This document shows, in pieces, positions 26,305 through 34,948 of a DNA stretch of 64,000 nucleotides. The position numbers were made by a program, and so were the translations under genes. The number at the start of each line of letters is the position of its first letter. The first letter of the stretch is position 1. A model generated the notes under the pieces. That model saw nothing but the letters and a program-made list of their open reading frames with translations. It was not told where the DNA came from and made no database searches. Origin of the DNA: Deltaproteobacteria bacterium (GTDB taxonomy: Bacteria > Desulfobacterota > Syntrophia > Syntrophales > UBA5619); NCBI GenBank assembly GCA_021817825.1, contig JAKAFS010000002.1:6812-70811 (forward strand), read 5' to 3'.

Positions 26305-28913
26305 GTGAGCTGACCCCCGCCATGCGCCAGTATGCGGAGATGAAGGAGCGTTATCCCGACTGCATTCTTTTTTTTCGGATGGGCGATTTCTACGAGATGT
26401 TTTTCGACGATGCCCTGACGGCCTCGAAGGTCCTCGAGATCACCCTCACGTCGCGCAACAAGAACAGCAAGGACGCGATCCCGCTCTGCGGCGTGCCCTA
26501 CCACGCGGGCTCCGGCTATATCGCCAAACTGATCGAAAAGGGGTTCAAGGTCGCCGTCTGTGAACAGATGGAGGACCCCAAGCTTGCCAAGGGGGTCGTG
26601 AAGCGGGAGGTGGTCCGGGTCGTCACCCCGGGGCTGGTCCTCGATCAGGAGAATCTCCGGGAGAAGGAAAACAATTATCTGGCCGCCCTGGTGGTTGCAG
26701 AAGGGCGTTTCGGCCTGGCCTGGGTCGATATCTCCACCGGCGAATTCCGGGTGACGGAAACCGAGGACCGCGAGTCCTTTCTCGCCGAGTCGGCTGCGAT
26801 CGAGATCCGGGAACTGCTCGTGGCCGAGGAGTTGCAAGATCCCGAACTGATCGCGGCCCTGGCCGGCGATGGGGAACGGTGCCGGATCAATCGCTTTCCG
26901 AAGGAGCGCTTCGCATTTCCTGCGGCGCTTTTGGGACTACAGGAGAAATTTACCGCCGGGCCGCTGGCGGAGCTGAGGCTGGAAAGCCGGCCGGCGGCGA
27001 CGGCCGCCGCCGGGGCGGTCTTGGCCTACATGACCGAGACGCAGAAAGATCAACTGGGCCATATCAACCGTCTCCTTTGGCAGGAAAGCGGCGTCGATCT
27101 GATCCTCGACGAGATCGCCAAGCGCAACCTCGAACTGTTCGCGACCATCGTCGAGGGAAAGAAGGCCGGGTCGCTGTTCCACGTTCTCGATCAGACGGTC
27201 ACCTCTTTGGGGGGAAGGCGGCTGCGGACCTGGCTCGGCCATCCCCTGCGCGATCCCCTCCGGATCCGGGAACGGCTCGCCGCCGTCGCGGAACTGCGGG
27301 AGGAACATCTGCTCCGTGCGGCGCTGCGCGACTCCCTCCGGTCGGTCTATGATCTGGAGCGGCTGGGGAGCCGGATCGCCGTCGGGCTCGCCAACGGCCG
27401 CGATCTGGCGGCGCTCGGGGCCTCTCTGCGCGCTCTGCCGGCGCTGCGCGCCCACCTTGCGGCCTGCGAAGCGCCGCTGTTGCGGACGATTCACGCCGGC
27501 ATCGACGAGATGCCGGAACTTCTGGCCCTCATCGAGCGGGCGATCGTGGACGATCCGCCGCTCACGATCCGCGAAGGGGGGATCATCCGCGAAGGATACG
27601 ATGCGGAACTGGATCGCCTGATCGCGGTGATGCGGGACGGAAGGCAGTTTATTGCGGCCCTGGAGGAAAAGGAGCGCCGGCGGACCGGCATCCACTCTCT
27701 CAAGGTCGGGTTCAACGGCGTCTTCGGCTACTACATCGAGATCACGAAGGCCAATGCCGCCCTCGCACCGCCCGAATACGTCCGCAAGCAGACCCTGGTC
27801 AACGCGGAGCGGTACATCAACGAGGAACTCAAGGGGTACGAAGAAACGGTCCTCCATGCCGAGGAGAAGCGCCAGGCCCGGGAGTACGATCTCTTTTGCG
27901 CCCTTCGTCAGCAGATCGCCGGTGCGATCGAGCGGATCCAGGCGACGGCGGCCCGGGTCGCCGATCTCGACGTGCTGGCGTCGCTCGCCGAAGTGGCCGA
28001 ACGCAACGGCTATTGCTGCCCCCAGGTCGATGCCGGAGAGACGATCGCGATCGCCGACGGCCGCCATCCGGTGGTGGAACGGATGACCGGCGCGGGAGGG
28101 TTCGTTCCGAACGATCTGCTCCTCGATCTGGAGACGAACCGCTTTTTGATCATCACCGGCCCCAACATGGCGGGAAAGTCGACCTTTATCCGGCAGGTCG
28201 CCTTGATCGTCCTTTTGGCCCAGATGGGGAGCTTCGTCCCGGCCGCCAAAGCCCGGATCGGCGTCTGCGACCGGATCTTCACCCGCATCGGCGCCGCCGA
28301 CAGCCTGTCCCGCGGCCAGAGCACCTTCATGGTGGAGATGACCGAGGTGGCGAACATCTTGAGTCATGCCACCAAAAGGAGTCTGATCATCCTCGACGAA
28401 GTCGGACGCGGGACCAGCACCTTCGACGGCCTGAGCATCGCCTGGGCGGTCGCGGAATATATCCATGACGCGGTCCCCCTCGGCGCAAGGACGCTCTTTG
28501 CGACCCATTACCACGAACTGACGGAACTGACGGTGACCAAGGAGGGGGTCCGGAATTACAATATCGCCGTCCGCGAGTGGGGAGACCGGATCATCTTTCT
28601 GCGCAAGATCATGGAGGGGGGGACCAACCGGAGCTACGGGATCCAGGTCGCCAGGATCGCCGGCGTGCCGGACGAGGTGATCGTCCGGGCCCGGGAGATT
28701 CTCCGGAACCTGGAGAAGGGGGAACTCGACGAGGTCGGGATGCCCAAGATCGCCCGGGGCCGGAAGTCGGATCGCAAGGACGACCCGCAGCTCAGTCTCT
28801 TTACGGATCAAAAAGATGCGGTTCTTGCGGAACTGCTGGGGCTCGATCTCATGAACCTGACGCCCCTGGAGGCGATGCAGCGCCTGGGCGATTGGCAGAA
28901 ACGGCTGGGATGA
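26295..28913 (+). CDS. mutS: DNA mismatch repair protein MutS
   Basis: [34 protein letters not shown] (mismatch-binding domain), Walker [22 protein letters not shown] and [11 protein letters not shown]. Confidence 0.98.
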   Translation: MGVSELTPAMRQYAEMKERYPDCILFFRMGDFYEMFFDDALTASKVLEITLTSRNKNSKDAIPLCGVPYHAGSGYIAKLIEKGFKVAVCEQMEDPKLAKGVVKREVVRVVTPGLVLDQENLREKENNYLAALVVAEGRFGLAWVDISTGEFRVTETEDRESFLAESAAIEIRELLVAEELQDPELIAALAGDGERCRINRFPKERFAFPAALLGLQEKFTAGPLAELRLESRPAATAAAGAVLAYMTETQKDQLGHINRLLWQESGVDLILDEIAKRNLELFATIVEGKKAGSLFHVLDQTVTSLGGRRLRTWLGHPLRDPLRIRERLAAVAELREEHLLRAALRDSLRSVYDLERLGSRIAVGLANGRDLAALGASLRALPALRAHLAACEAPLLRTIHAGIDEMPELLALIERAIVDDPPLTIREGGIIREGYDAELDRLIAVMRDGRQFIAALEEKERRRTGIHSLKVGFNGVFGYYIEITKANAALAPPEYVRKQTLVNAERYINEELKGYEETVLHAEEKRQAREYDLFCALRQQIAGAIERIQATAARVADLDVLASLAEVAERNGYCCPQVDAGETIAIADGRHPVVERMTGAGGFVPNDLLLDLETNRFLIITGPNMAGKSTFIRQVALIVLLAQMGSFVPAAKARIGVCDRIFTRIGAADSLSRGQSTFMVEMTEVANILSHATKRSLIILDEVGRGTSTFDGLSIAWAVAEYIHDAVPLGARTLFATHYHELTELTVTKEGVRNYNIAVREWGDRIIFLRKIMEGGTNRSYGIQVARIAGVPDEVIVRAREILRNLEKGELDEVGMPKIARGRKSDRKDDPQLSLFTDQKDAVLAELLGLDLMNLTPLEAMQRLGDWQKRLG

Positions 28914-28927
28914 ATCGAGGAGCGGCT

Positions 28928-30073
28928 ATGACAGTGGCGGCGGCGCAACCGGGCTTTACGGTTCGTACGACGGAGGAGGAAGGAAACAGGCTCCTGGTCG
29001 CCCTGGCGGGGCGGATCGCCCTGGACGACGCCGATCGCCTCTTGGCCGCCCTGGAAAGCCTGCCGGAGGATCGGCGGCCCGCTTCGGTCGGGATCGATTT
29101 GGCGGGAATCTCCTATCTGGACAGCGCCGGCGTCCTGGCCCTCTGGCGCTGGGAGCAAAGGCTCAAGGAAAAGGGAGTCCCTTGGTCCTATCTCCGGGTG
29201 CCCGACGAGGTGCAGCGGATCATGGGACTCATCGACCGGGAGGGGATCGGGCGGCCGCCGCTTCATGCCGAAAGCCGTTCCGGGGGGATCCTGGAGCGGG
29301 TAGGCGGGGTCAGTCTAGGGGTTTACAGGGATTTCGACTGCCTGATGACCTTTCTGGGCGACCTTTTGGCGGCGCTGGTCCACCTGGCCGTTCACCCCCG
29401 TGAGGTTCGCTGGGACGACGTATTTTTCTACATGCGTCGGGCCGGGGCCGACGGCCTGCCGATCGTGGCCCTGATCAGCCTGCTCATCGGGCTCATCATC
29501 GCCTTCATGTCCTCGCTGCAACTCAAGCAATTCGGGGCCAACCTCTACGTGGCGGCGCTCGTGGCGGTCGCCATCGTCCGCGAACTGGGACCGATCATGA
29601 CCGCGATCCTGGTCGCCGGACGCTCCGCGTCGGCCTTTGCCGCCGAAATCGGGACGATGCGGGTGAACGACGAGGTGGACGCCCTGGCCACGATGGGTTT
29701 CGACCCGATCCGCTTTCTGGCCGTGCCGAAACTGATCGCCACGCTCCTGGTCCTGCCGCTGCTGACGCTCTACGCCGATCTGTTCGGGATTCTGGGCGGG
29801 ATGATCGTGGGGATCATGGGGCTGGATCTGACGGCCCATACCTTTCTCAACACCAGCCGGCAGAGCATCACCCTCTTTTTTCTCCTTTCCAGCCTGGTGA
29901 AATCGTTGGTTTTCGCCTTCGTGATCGCCTGGATCGGCTGTCAACGAGGTTTTCAGGTCCAGGGAGGAGTGGAAGCGGTGGGCGAGGCGACGACCTCGGC
30001 GGTCGTGACCTCCATTTTGCTGATCGTCGTCGTGGATTCGGCCTTTGCCGTGGTTCTGCATTATGTCAACTGA
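28928..30073 (+). CDS. mlaE: MlaE-family ABC permease with an N-terminal STAS (MlaB/SpoIIAA-like) domain fused
   Basis: Residues about 1-110 form a STAS domain (LALAGRIALDDADRLL...VGIDLAGISYLDSAGVLAL...). The remainder is an MlaE/YrbE permease (RELGPIMTAILVAGRSASAFAAEIGTMRVNDEVDAL). The ATG at 28928 follows GAGGAG. An alternative ATG at 28910 overlaps the mutS stop. Confidence 0.85.
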   Translation: MTVAAAQPGFTVRTTEEEGNRLLVALAGRIALDDADRLLAALESLPEDRRPASVGIDLAGISYLDSAGVLALWRWEQRLKEKGVPWSYLRVPDEVQRIMGLIDREGIGRPPLHAESRSGGILERVGGVSLGVYRDFDCLMTFLGDLLAALVHLAVHPREVRWDDVFFYMRRAGADGLPIVALISLLIGLIIAFMSSLQLKQFGANLYVAALVAVAIVRELGPIMTAILVAGRSASAFAAEIGTMRVNDEVDALATMGFDPIRFLAVPKLIATLLVLPLLTLYADLFGILGGMIVGIMGLDLTAHTFLNTSRQSITLFFLLSSLVKSLVFAFVIAWIGCQRGFQVQGGVEAVGEATTSAVVTSILLIVVVDSAFAVVLHYVN

Positions 30074-30884
30074 GGGGGCATGGGCGGGGATGGGCGAAGC
30101 AGCGGAAAAGAGGAACGATGCGCCGGTCATCGTGGTGGAGGCGCTGACCGCCCGTTTCGGACGGACCACGATCTTGGACAAGGTAAGCTTCACGGTGGCG
30201 CGAGGGGAAATCCTCTGCATCGTCGGGGGAAGCGGCTGCGGAAAATCGACGCTCCTCAAACACATGATCGGTCTGCTCAGGCCTGCGGCGGGCAAGGTGG
30301 TCGTCGATGGAACCGATATCGCCGCTGCCGAGGACGAGGAGCTCAACCGGGTCCGGAGAGGGATCGGGGTGCTCTTCCAGTCCGATGCCCTGCTGGGATC
30401 GTTGACCCTGGGAGAGAATATCGCCCTGCCGCTCAGCGTCATCACCTCCCTTTCCCCCGAGACGGTGCAGTGGATCGTCCGGATGAAACTGGGGATGGTG
30501 GGGTTGGGAGGCTACGAAAACCACACGCCGGCGGAACTCTCGGGGGGCATGCGCAAGCGGGGGGGCTTGGCCCGCGCCATGGCCCTCGATCCCAAGGTGC
30601 TGTTTTTCGACGAGCCGTCGGCGGGACTCGATCCCATCAACGCGGCGGAACTGGCGACATTGATCCGGGCGCTCAATAGAGGTCTCGGAACGACGATGGT
30701 CGTCGTGAGCCACCAGGTGGATCTGGTTTTGGACATCGCCCACCGGGTGATCATGCTGGATAGAGAAGAAAAAGGGATTATCGCTGCGGGAACGCCGGAG
30801 GAATTGCGCCGGTCGGCCCAAGACCCGCGGGTCCGGAATTTTCTCTTTCGGACCCCCTGCGCCAAGGAGAAGGAGACGGGATAG
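30063..30884 (+). CDS. mlaF: MlaF-type ABC transporter ATP-binding protein
   Basis: Walker A GGSGCGKST, signature LSGGMRKRGGLARA, Walker B VLFFDEPSAGLDP. The start is ambiguous between the ATG at 30063 (overlapping the mlaE end) and the ATG at 30090. Confidence 0.9.
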   Translation: MSTEGAWAGMGEAAEKRNDAPVIVVEALTARFGRTTILDKVSFTVARGEILCIVGGSGCGKSTLLKHMIGLLRPAAGKVVVDGTDIAAAEDEELNRVRRGIGVLFQSDALLGSLTLGENIALPLSVITSLSPETVQWIVRMKLGMVGLGGYENHTPAELSGGMRKRGGLARAMALDPKVLFFDEPSAGLDPINAAELATLIRALNRGLGTTMVVVSHQVDLVLDIAHRVIMLDREEKGIIAAGTPEELRRSAQDPRVRNFLFRTPCAKEKETG

Positions 30885-30886
30885 AG

Positions 30887-31846
30887 ATGGCGAAACGAAA
30901 ATCGCGGTTCATGGTCGGTCTTTTCGTGACTGCCGGGGTTCTGCTCGGCGTGACCGCCGTCGTGTGGCTGGGGGCGTCGAATTATTTGGAAGCCGGAAAA
31001 CTCTACGTCATCTACTTCGACGAGTCCGTCCAGGGGTTGCAGGTCGATTCCCGGGTCAAGTACCGGGGCGTCGACGTCGGCAAGGTCCAGCAGATCGGCG
31101 TCGCCTCGGATCAAAAGCTGGTGGAGGTGATCGTCAAGATCGATCTCGCCGGCGAGGCGGAAAAAAACATGGTGGCCCAACTCCGGGCCGCCGGGATCAC
31201 GGGGATCGTCTTTGTCGAATTGGACCGGAGGAATCCCAAGGATCTCGTTCTGCTGCCGCCGCCGGACGTGCAGAGTCCCTATCCCGCCATCCCCTCCCAG
31301 ACCTCGCAGACCAAACAGATGCTTTCCAGCGTCGATAGGATCATGGAACGGATGGAGCAGGTCGACCTGAAGGGGATTTCCGATCAGGTCAAGCAGACCT
31401 CGCAGGCGATGGAAACCTTCCTCGCCGGTAGGCAGATGAGGAGCATCTTGGCCAACATCGATTCCACCACGCAAAGCCTCGATCGGGCCATCCGCCGGGT
31501 TGATGCGTTGCTGGCGGAGAAAAAGATCGCGGGCATTCTGGATGAAACCCGTTCGGGGCTCGGCGAAACCAGGGAGGGCATTGCCGAGACGCGCCGTCTC
31601 GTGGCCGATCTGCGGGCGGAGGTGGCGTCCCTGAAGGCCGGGGAAATTGCGGAAAAGGCGAAGGTGTTGATGGAGTCGCTCGATCGGCGGACGCGGGGGA
31701 TGAGCCTGGAACTGGATGAAACCACCGAAGGGATCCGGGAAGCCGTGGAAAGTCTGCGACAGCTCATCGACCGGCTCCGGGCGAATCCGTCCGATCTGCT
31801 CTTCAGCAGCCCCGATCGGGATGACTCAGACAGAGGGGGAAGGTGA
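30887..31846 (+). CDS. mlaD: MlaD/MCE-domain protein with a long C-terminal coiled-coil
   Basis: N-terminal TM segment, then an MCE domain (GLQVDSRVKYRGVDVGKVQQI...) and about 170 aa of heptad-like helical sequence. SD AAGGAGAAGGAG lies upstream. Confidence 0.85.
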   Translation: MAKRKSRFMVGLFVTAGVLLGVTAVVWLGASNYLEAGKLYVIYFDESVQGLQVDSRVKYRGVDVGKVQQIGVASDQKLVEVIVKIDLAGEAEKNMVAQLRAAGITGIVFVELDRRNPKDLVLLPPPDVQSPYPAIPSQTSQTKQMLSSVDRIMERMEQVDLKGISDQVKQTSQAMETFLAGRQMRSILANIDSTTQSLDRAIRRVDALLAEKKIAGILDETRSGLGETREGIAETRRLVADLRAEVASLKAGEIAEKAKVLMESLDRRTRGMSLELDETTEGIREAVESLRQLIDRLRANPSDLLFSSPDRDDSDRGGR

Positions 31847-31847
31847 T

Positions 31848-32468
31848 ATGAAAAGGACAGGACTTTGGTTGCTGTTGCTGATGGGATTGACCGGCTGCCT
31901 GGGCGGGACGCGGCCCGCGCCGCTGGTGAAGCATTATGTGCTGGAATATCCGCCGCCCCGGATGGAAAGCCCGGTCCCGATCCCCGCCCCGCTCCGGGTG
32001 GAGCGTTTTTCCGCGGCCCGTCTTTATGCCGGTCCCGAGATGATCTTCCGCCGGGGTGCCCTCCAGCGGGAAGCCTACCGCGATCGGCGCTGGCGCATCA
32101 GTCCCGCCGATCTGGTGACCGACCTGCTGCGCCGCGATCTGCGGCAGGCCGGCCTTTTTCAGGCGGTGCTCACGACGCGCGATCGGGAAGAGCCCCGCTT
32201 TGCCCTCGAAGGGGGGCTGGAGGAGTTTCTTGAGGTCGAGGGTCCCGGCCGGGATCGGAAGGCGCAGTTGGCGGCGACGCTGACGCTCTTGGACCTCGCC
32301 GGGCGCGGGATTCAGGAACGGGTGGTCTTTCAGAAATCCTATCGCTACGAGGTCGCGTGCACCCAGGAAGGGGCGGCGGGGCTCGCGGAAGCCATGAGCC
32401 GGGCCATGTCCCAATTTTCCGCCCAGGCGATCGGCGATATCGATGCCGCCTTGAAAAAGGGGCGCTGA
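31848..32468 (+). CDS. ABC-transport auxiliary lipoprotein (PF03886 / PqiC-YmbA-like)
   Basis: Lipobox LLMGLTGC. The body is typical of the family (HYVLEYPP..., LRVERFSAARLYAGPEMIFRR...WRISPADLVTDLLRRDLRQAGLF). The ATG at 31848 lies 1 nt after the mlaD stop. Confidence 0.8.
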   Translation: MKRTGLWLLLLMGLTGCLGGTRPAPLVKHYVLEYPPPRMESPVPIPAPLRVERFSAARLYAGPEMIFRRGALQREAYRDRRWRISPADLVTDLLRRDLRQAGLFQAVLTTRDREEPRFALEGGLEEFLEVEGPGRDRKAQLAATLTLLDLAGRGIQERVVFQKSYRYEVACTQEGAAGLAEAMSRAMSQFSAQAIGDIDAALKKGR

Positions 32469-32552
32469 AAAGCGTAGCCGCTTGCCTTGCCGGCGTCGTT
32501 CGCGGTTTTCACGCCGGCTGTCCAGACGGTTCGGCGGTCCCGGAGCGCAGTC

Positions 32553-34847
32553 CTATTTGATGCAGACGCGCCTTACCTGCTTGAAGTCCGTCACCCCCTG
32601 GAGCGACTTGATGATGCCGTCCTGGAGCAGCGTCGTCATTCCTTCTTCCATCGCCAGGTCCCGCATCGCCTCGACCGTTTCGTGCTTCTGGATCATGCGC
32701 TTGAGGCCGTCGGTGGCGACGATGAATTCGTGGATGCCCATTCGGCCTTTGTATCCCGAATTGCCGCAAATCTCGCACCCCTTCGGCCGGTAGAGCGTGA
32801 ATTTGTCGTCGTAGGGGATGTTCAGTTTCCGGAACCACTCCTCGCCGTAACTCTCCACGATCTCGTCATACTCTTTCCGATCCGGATGATAGGCTTCCTT
32901 GCAGTTCTTGCAGAGGGTCCGGACGAGACGCTGGGCCAGAATGCCCAGGAGGGCATCGGCGAAATTGAGCGGGTCGATCCCCATGTCCAAGAGCCGGACG
33001 ATCGTTTCCGGGGCGCTGTTCGTATGGAGGGTGGAGAAGACCAGATGGCCCGTCAGGGAGGCCTCGACGCCGGTCTTGGCCGTTTCGAAGTCGCGCATTT
33101 CGCCGACCATGATCACGTCCGGATCGGCGCGGAGAAAGGCGCGCATGGCGGCGGCGAAGTCGAAGCCGATCTTCGCCTGTACCTGCACCTGCCGAAGACC
33201 GTACTGGGTGATCTCGACGGGGTCCTCGGCCGTCCAGATCTTCCGGTCCGGCCGGTTGATCTCATGCAGGGCGGCGTGCAGGGTGGTGGTCTTGCCGGAA
33301 CCGGTCGGACCCACGACGAGGACCATGCCGTAGGGTTTGTCCAGGACGGCCCGGAGCTCCTTGAAATTGCGCGGCGACATCCCCATGGCGGTCAACGGCA
33401 GGGTATCGCCGGCCTTGGCCAGGATGCGCATGACCACGTCTTCCACCCCGCCTGCCGTCGGAATGGTGGCCACGCGCAGCTCCATCTCTTCGCCGCCCGG
33501 TTTCTTGAATTTGATCTTGCCGTCCTGGGGGAGCCGTCGGACCGTGATGTCGAGGTTCGACATGATCTTGATCCGCGACACGACCGCGGCGCGGTAGCTG
33601 AAGGGGAGCGACTGGTAGATGGCGCAGTCGCCGTCCACCCGGTAGCGGACCTCGACGTTCTTCTTGGCCACGTTGGGCTCGATGTGGATATCGGAGGCCC
33701 GCTTGGCTTGGGCGTCGAGGATGATCTTATTGACCAGCTGCATGATCACGCTGTCCGATTCGGTGATCGCCTCTTCGTCTTCGCCGAATCCCTCCTCTTC
33801 GTCGGCGTCCAGCTTGCCCAGGATCTCATTGATCGACGATTCGTCTTCCGGAGACTGGTAGAAGTAGTTGATGTACTTGATGATGTCTTCGGCCAGAGCA
33901 ACATCGTAGCGGACGGCCTTGGTCTTCAGCAGGTTCTCGATCATATCCCTTTTCAGGATATTGTTCGGATCGTCCACGATGACATGGATGATCCCGTCTT
34001 TTTTCTCCAGCGGGAGCCAGAGTTCACGGCGGAGATACTCCTTTTTGAGGGTGTTGAGCAGGTCGCCCGGGATCGGGATCTTGTCCGAAAAGGGGATGAA
34101 CTTGCAGCGGAAGAATTCCTCGAAGGATTTTCCGATGTCGTCCCGGGAGAGCCCGTATTTTTTCATCAGATACTCTTCGATGGTCTGTTTGGCCTCCCGG
34201 GACTCCTCCCAGGCGCTCTCCAGATCCTCTTCCTTGAGCAGGTCGCGGCTGATCAGGTAATCGAAACGGGTCTTGCGCCGCCGGGCGTATCGCTCCTGGT
34301 TGTAGAAAGCAACCGCCAGGACCTCGGAGATCTCCTGGAGAAATCCCTGCTCGTACTCGGAAAACTTGCCCGATCCCCCTTTTTTGTTGAGGATCTGGAC
34401 GACCCCCATGAGCTTCTTGTCGTGGAAGATCGGCGCGGCCAGAATCTGCCTGGTCCGGAAGCCCGATTTCTTGTCCCAGCTGACGTCGAAGGCCAGTTCC
34501 TTGTCGATCGTTTTCAGTTCGGCGATGTCGTAGGCGTCGGCGATGTTGACGGTCTTGCCGCTGTTGGCCACATAGCCCGCGATGCTGCGATTGTTGATCG
34601 GGACGCGGATCTCCTTCACCTGAGCGCCGGAGACGAACATCGAGTAGATCTCGTTGCGCCCCTGATCGACCACGTAGATGGTGATGGAGTGGGCGGAAAA
34701 GAGATTCAATATCCCGTCTTTGAGATCGACGAGGATCTGCTTGATATTCTGCGCGGCATGGATCCGGTTGGTGATATCCACCAGAGCCTTGCGCAACTGG
34801 AGCATTTCTTCGAGTTCGCTGACAGCGATGTTTTTCATTGGGTCCAT
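32553..34847 (-). CDS. GspE/PilB-family secretion ATPase with an N-terminal GAF domain and a T2SSE_N domain
   Basis: Domain order is a GAF-like region (aa about 20-175, ...IAGYVANSGKTVNIADAYD...ILAAPIF...GVVQILNK), then a T2SSE_N-like region, then the ATPase. ATPase motifs are Walker A GPTGSGKTTT, Asp box, Walker B IMVGEMRD, His box TGHLVFSTLHTN and the tetracysteine CKNC...CEICGNSGYKGR. Confidence 0.9.
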   Translation of the reverse strand: MDPMKNIAVSELEEMLQLRKALVDITNRIHAAQNIKQILVDLKDGILNLFSAHSITIYVVDQGRNEIYSMFVSGAQVKEIRVPINNRSIAGYVANSGKTVNIADAYDIAELKTIDKELAFDVSWDKKSGFRTRQILAAPIFHDKKLMGVVQILNKKGGSGKFSEYEQGFLQEISEVLAVAFYNQERYARRRKTRFDYLISRDLLKEEDLESAWEESREAKQTIEEYLMKKYGLSRDDIGKSFEEFFRCKFIPFSDKIPIPGDLLNTLKKEYLRRELWLPLEKKDGIIHVIVDDPNNILKRDMIENLLKTKAVRYDVALAEDIIKYINYFYQSPEDESSINEILGKLDADEEEGFGEDEEAITESDSVIMQLVNKIILDAQAKRASDIHIEPNVAKKNVEVRYRVDGDCAIYQSLPFSYRAAVVSRIKIMSNLDITVRRLPQDGKIKFKKPGGEEMELRVATIPTAGGVEDVVMRILAKAGDTLPLTAMGMSPRNFKELRAVLDKPYGMVLVVGPTGSGKTTTLHAALHEINRPDRKIWTAEDPVEITQYGLRQVQVQAKIGFDFAAAMRAFLRADPDVIMVGEMRDFETAKTGVEASLTGHLVFSTLHTNSAPETIVRLLDMGIDPLNFADALLGILAQRLVRTLCKNCKEAYHPDRKEYDEIVESYGEEWFRKLNIPYDDKFTLYRPKGCEICGNSGYKGRMGIHEFIVATDGLKRMIQKHETVEAMRDLAMEEGMTTLLQDGIIKSLQGVTDFKQVRRVCIK

Positions 34848-34948
34848 AATAACTCTCTTTGTGCGCCCCGATGCCCTATCGTCCAGCCAAGTGATCCCGA
34901 GCGCAGACTTTACTTAAAGATAGGCAAGCCCGATGAGAGCGGCGCCTT

